Origin: Saccostrea cucullata
Lineage: Eukaryota
Reading direction: 5' to 3'
NCBI RefSeq assembly: GCF_032062105.1
Contig: NW_026939565.1
Coordinates: forward strand, 62,001-126,000
Length of the DNA stretch: 64,000 nt
The position numbers and the translations under genes were made by a program. The notes below the pieces were generated by a model. The model did not search any database. It was not told where the DNA came from and saw only the letters and a list, made by a program, of their open reading frames with translations. Below, piece after piece: positions 60,291 to 64,000 of this stretch. The first letter of the stretch is position 1. Each line of letters opens with the position of its first letter.

Positions 60291-63025
60291 ATGGTAAATT
60301 ACCATTGTATTGCCGTGGGATGTAACAATGACTCCAGGAAATCTAACAGATCAGTAAATACCCGCATATGGTAGATAAAAATGGAAATGTTGTCAATTTT
60401 TATGTATTGCCTTCCGCAACTAAAAATCCAAAACTTCGGCGCCAGTGGATAAATGCGGTACGTCGTAAAAATTTCAAACCTAGTAACACAGATCATTGGC
60501 ACGCAGTATGCTCCAGACATTTTGTAGATGGAAGACCCACTGACACTAACCCAATACCAACTTTATTTGAATATAATAACTACATGCATGACCAGGCCCA
60601 GGGTCAAGGAAAGAGGAAAACGTTGACTTCAAAATACAACAGTACTTCATCTTCCCAGGGGTTTGTATTTTAGCTTCTCGATCAATGATAATTTTACATA
60701 AAAATGTGATACCCATATTTCTATTATCAGATTATTAGGCCAAACGAAAATATATATTCTTGTTTCCTGTTCCCTGACCAAAAAAGAAATAGGGTAGGTA
60801 GGTAGGGAAAAAATTAATTTCATAGCTCAATGGATGGAGAATATGTATCATGTAATAACAAGAAAACAGTATGTTTACACTTTACAGAGCAGGTTTATTA
60901 ATAAAGATTTATAAAATAAAGGTATCCTGTGCACTTTATATGTATTATCTCTTTTAATATTGTTGGCCGGGTGTCTTTAGTATTTCAGGAAAATATCCCC
61001 CCCTCCCCCCCCCCCCCCCAATGAATATAAAAAAAAGTTAGGGTTGCAGGGTAAAATGTTAGGGTAGCTCGGGTGACAGGAAACAAGAGTACATATTAAT
61101 TTCTTGCGTAAAGAATATATTCAATATAATTTGCATGAATAATCAATATCTAAATTTCATTCAGAAACACACACACACACAAATATCTTTTTATATAGCA
61201 TGAATTATGTTGTAATAAAAACTGTTAATCAAACATTTTACGTGCAGAAATGAAAGTCACTCTGAAGGAAAAAAACAAAGGACTTCACAGACTAGTGTAT
61301 TTGTCCAGCCAGTACCAGTGGCAGAGTTATATCAAGGCATACAGCATGAAATCATTATTCCTGACAAGGAAGGAGGAAAAGGTTGGAAGACACAGTTTTC
61401 TTTAAAATAACTAAAAACATAACACTTCTTTGATTTTGTTTAAAAAGTTTGTCATTTATCTATGTTTTTTTTTCTATTATCAGAAATGTCTGGATTAAAG
61501 AAACTTGCATAATCAATAATAACAAATATATCCAAAAAGATCATAACCAGTATATTTTCATATGCATAAAAATATGCTTTTGTATATGTATTTTTCTTTC
61601 ACAGTTCCAATTACAACTGATACACCATATTCCCTACCTGGTATCATGCAACATGACCACCCATATGTAGCGAGTCCTGTGTCAGGTTCATCTCATCTTA
61701 GTGACACAGACTGGGCAGATGCTGATACCCAAATAACAAATTTGGAACATGAAAATAGGCATCTGAAGGTATTTTTACAGCAGAGCAATTGTTTTTTTTT
61801 AAATTATTTCATGTTATGTCACATAAATACATGTACAGGGTGTTTGAGCAAATATGTATTCTCTATTGTTTTTAATGTTTGTTTAAAAAAATTTAATGTG
61901 TGCTTAACTTTGTAGGTTCATTGTGAACAACTTGAGGAGAGGGTAGTGGCTTTTCAAGAGGAAAACACACAACTGAAAAATCAGTTAAATGAAAGTGAAA
62001 GACAAAGAAAGGAAGTTGAATCCAAACTTCAAAACAAAGACAAACTTTTCCGAGAGATTTTAATAGATAAACTAACGAAGTGTGACAACCATGTAAGACT
62101 TTTTCTTGGGCTGCCTTCTCTTCTGTTTTTAAAGGGTTTGTTCGACATATTGAATGGCGCAGCTTCCAGTATGAAGTATTGGACTCGTAGATCATCAAGT
62201 CATGAAAAAAAGTGGCACTCAGAAAATTTAAGGAGACCTGGTAAACAAAGAAAACTGCAGTTATTTGAAGAATTCATTTTGGCACTACTTCGTCTGCGTT
62301 TAGGCCTGAACACCATGTTCTGTTCAGTTTTGTTTGGCGTGTCTCAGTCCACAGTTTCTTCCATATTCACCACATGGATGTGTTTCCTAGATCAGCAATT
62401 AAAACCATTACTTAAGTGGCCATCAAGGCAAAAAATAAAAAAGCATATGCCTCTTTCCTTCCGTTTAAAATACCCAAACACAAGAGTCATAATTGATGCA
62501 ACAGAGATCTTTGTTCAACGTCCGAGAAATCCTTCAGCTCAGAGCAGAACTTGGTCAAATTACAAAAACAAGAACACTTTCAAAGCACTGGTTGGGATTT
62601 CACCAAATGGGGCCTTTACATTCATATCTGAATTATGGTCTGGAAACATTTCAGATCGCAGCATTACTCTGAGAAGTGGATTTCTAGATCTTATTCAGCG
62701 AGGTGATCATGTTATGGCAGATCGCGGATTTCTAATTAATGACCTCCTTCTTCAAAGGGGAGCCCAGCTGAATATGCCACCATTTTGTCGGCCATGTCAG
62801 TATGGAAAAGGCAAATACTTGACATCTAAACAAATTAAGGAGTCGAAAAACATTGCCTCATTGCGCATTCATGTGGAGCGTGCAATTCAGAGACTGAAAA
62901 GTTACAAATTCTTTGATGGTATTATGTACATAAAATCATTGTCTGTTGCAAATCAAGCCTTACAAGTAGCGGGTATTTTTTGTAATTTTATGGCTCCCCT
63001 TGTCAGCAAAGTTCAGAAAAAATAA
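60291..63025 (+). CDS. ISL2EU/Harbinger-type transposase: THAP zinc finger, coiled coil, HTH and DDE domain (frameshift in first exon)
   Basis: Exons 60291-60660, 61248-61381, 61605-61768, 61916-63025 are phase-consistent. THAP: CIAVGC...W...VCSRHF...IPTLF; DHPY motif; catalytic IIDATE, MADRGF, RIHVERAI. Confidence 0.85.
60735..61111. mobile_element. MITE in intron 1 of the THAP-transposase gene
   Basis: TCTTGTTTCCTGT / ACAGGAAACAAGA inverted pair and GGGTAGG repeats; same family as 25866-26254. Confidence 0.6.
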
Positions 63026-63399
63026 GATTTTCTAACTAAGTAAATAAAATACCATGATTATTGTTTGCAAGTGCTATAACATTACAAGTGCAACAACTTA
63101 AATTTTGTGCCAAAAGTTCATTCTTTCACATTATTTATTTGATATTTATTTAGTTCACTGTTTTGAATGAAGGAAGTTTTATGTTAGTGTTATCTGTTAT
63201 GTACTGTTATATTGACATATCTATTATTACAGATTTACTGATTAAAAGTTTATATGAAGGACAAATCTTTTTTATCAGTGTTCCGTAATGCTGCACTAAG
63301 TCTGCAATATTCAAAGCATGTAGGAAAAAAAATGACTGATTTGGATATGTTTCGAACAATTTCTTTAATTTTTTAAATATAAATTGCATAATAATAAAT

Positions 63400-64000
63400 T
63401 CAGTTGATGATGATTTTTGGAAATATAAATGTCTTATAAAACTTGACAATTTTTTCTTTCATACATTCCCATATTTGTCCATTGAAGAACACTCTTTCAG
63501 AAAAAATTCCTGAGTGTGTGTACAAAATAAAATCACAATAGGTACGTTTTGTAACAGCCATTTGACACATCATTTGACAATAATATGGTGAGTTACTGTT
63601 TTTCCTTAAAACAGGAAATCCATTTCTTAGTTCAAAATTTTTTAAATCACATGCTGCTGCCTCCTTTGGATTTTTATCTTTATACTTGTATGGACATTTA
63701 ATTTCGAGGCACCCCGGTAAACAACAATCACACTCTAGTAAACCATCTGGTGAGGCACCAATGAAAGGAAGCTCATCATCGATTATCAGGCCTGCACTGG
63801 AATATCTTAGATTAGTGTGAATTTTCCCATTTAACTCCAAATACATATCTCTAGCTTTTGCTTCATATTTCCTACCATGTACAAGTGCAGGAATACAATT
63901 AGATTCTAAAGTAGCATATTTTTTACAAAGAATTTGTGTAACAAGGCTACCATTTTCATTCCGACCACTGAAATGCAGGCAGTTAAACACAGATGATGCA
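63400..64000 (-). CDS. YqaJ-like (lambda-exonuclease fold) nuclease, second ORF of the ISL2EU-type element; 5' part outside the window
   Basis: HGRKYE..AR..Y, GASPDGL, CLEIKCPY, YYCQMMCQMAVT and CDFILYT motifs; convergent with the transposase. Confidence 0.88.
   Translation of the reverse strand, partial: ASSVFNCLHFSGRNENGSLVTQILCKKYATLESNCIPALVHGRKYEAKARDMYLELNGKIHTNLRYSSAGLIIDDELPFIGASPDGLLECDCCLPGCLEIKCPYKYKDKNPKEAAACDLKNFELRNGFPVLRKNSNSPYYCQMMCQMAVTKRTYCDFILYTHSGIFSERVFFNGQIWECMKEKIVKFYKTFIFPKIIIN

Larger units (their letters stand above)
60200..64000. mobile_element. ISL2EU-type (PIF/Harbinger-related) DNA transposon, partial
   Basis: Two-gene convergent layout of THAP-DDE transposase plus YqaJ. 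Termini not identified. Confidence 0.75.

Overview
AT-rich, intron-rich animal DNA. The repeat content (Helentron-type elements, V-core SINE, Penelope-like RT, MITEs) and intronless nAChR paralogues point to a bivalve, most likely an oyster (inference). From left to right: (1) 485-11105 (+): 3' part of an unrecognised gene built from tandemly duplicated phase-0 mini-exons (A-B-C-D-D-E twice, then D-E, then a terminal exon); (2) four co-oriented Cys-loop/nAChR-like subunit genes with single-exon CDSs at 12.9, 20.2, 26.6 and 33.4 kb (+), three with the vicinal CC and one without; (3) a multi-exon NFAT5/TonEBP-like gene (-), 58643 to 32366, whose predicted last intron contains the fourth receptor gene in antisense; (4) an ISL2EU-type PIF/Harbinger-related transposon (THAP + DDE transposase, convergent YqaJ-like nuclease) running off the right edge. 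Intergenic and intronic DNA holds many non-autonomous elements, several with verifiable TIR/TSD and a paralogous empty site. There is also a set of ~160-bp hairpin cassettes with shared ends but unrelated stems. All gene models were spliced by eye and have no transcript support here.
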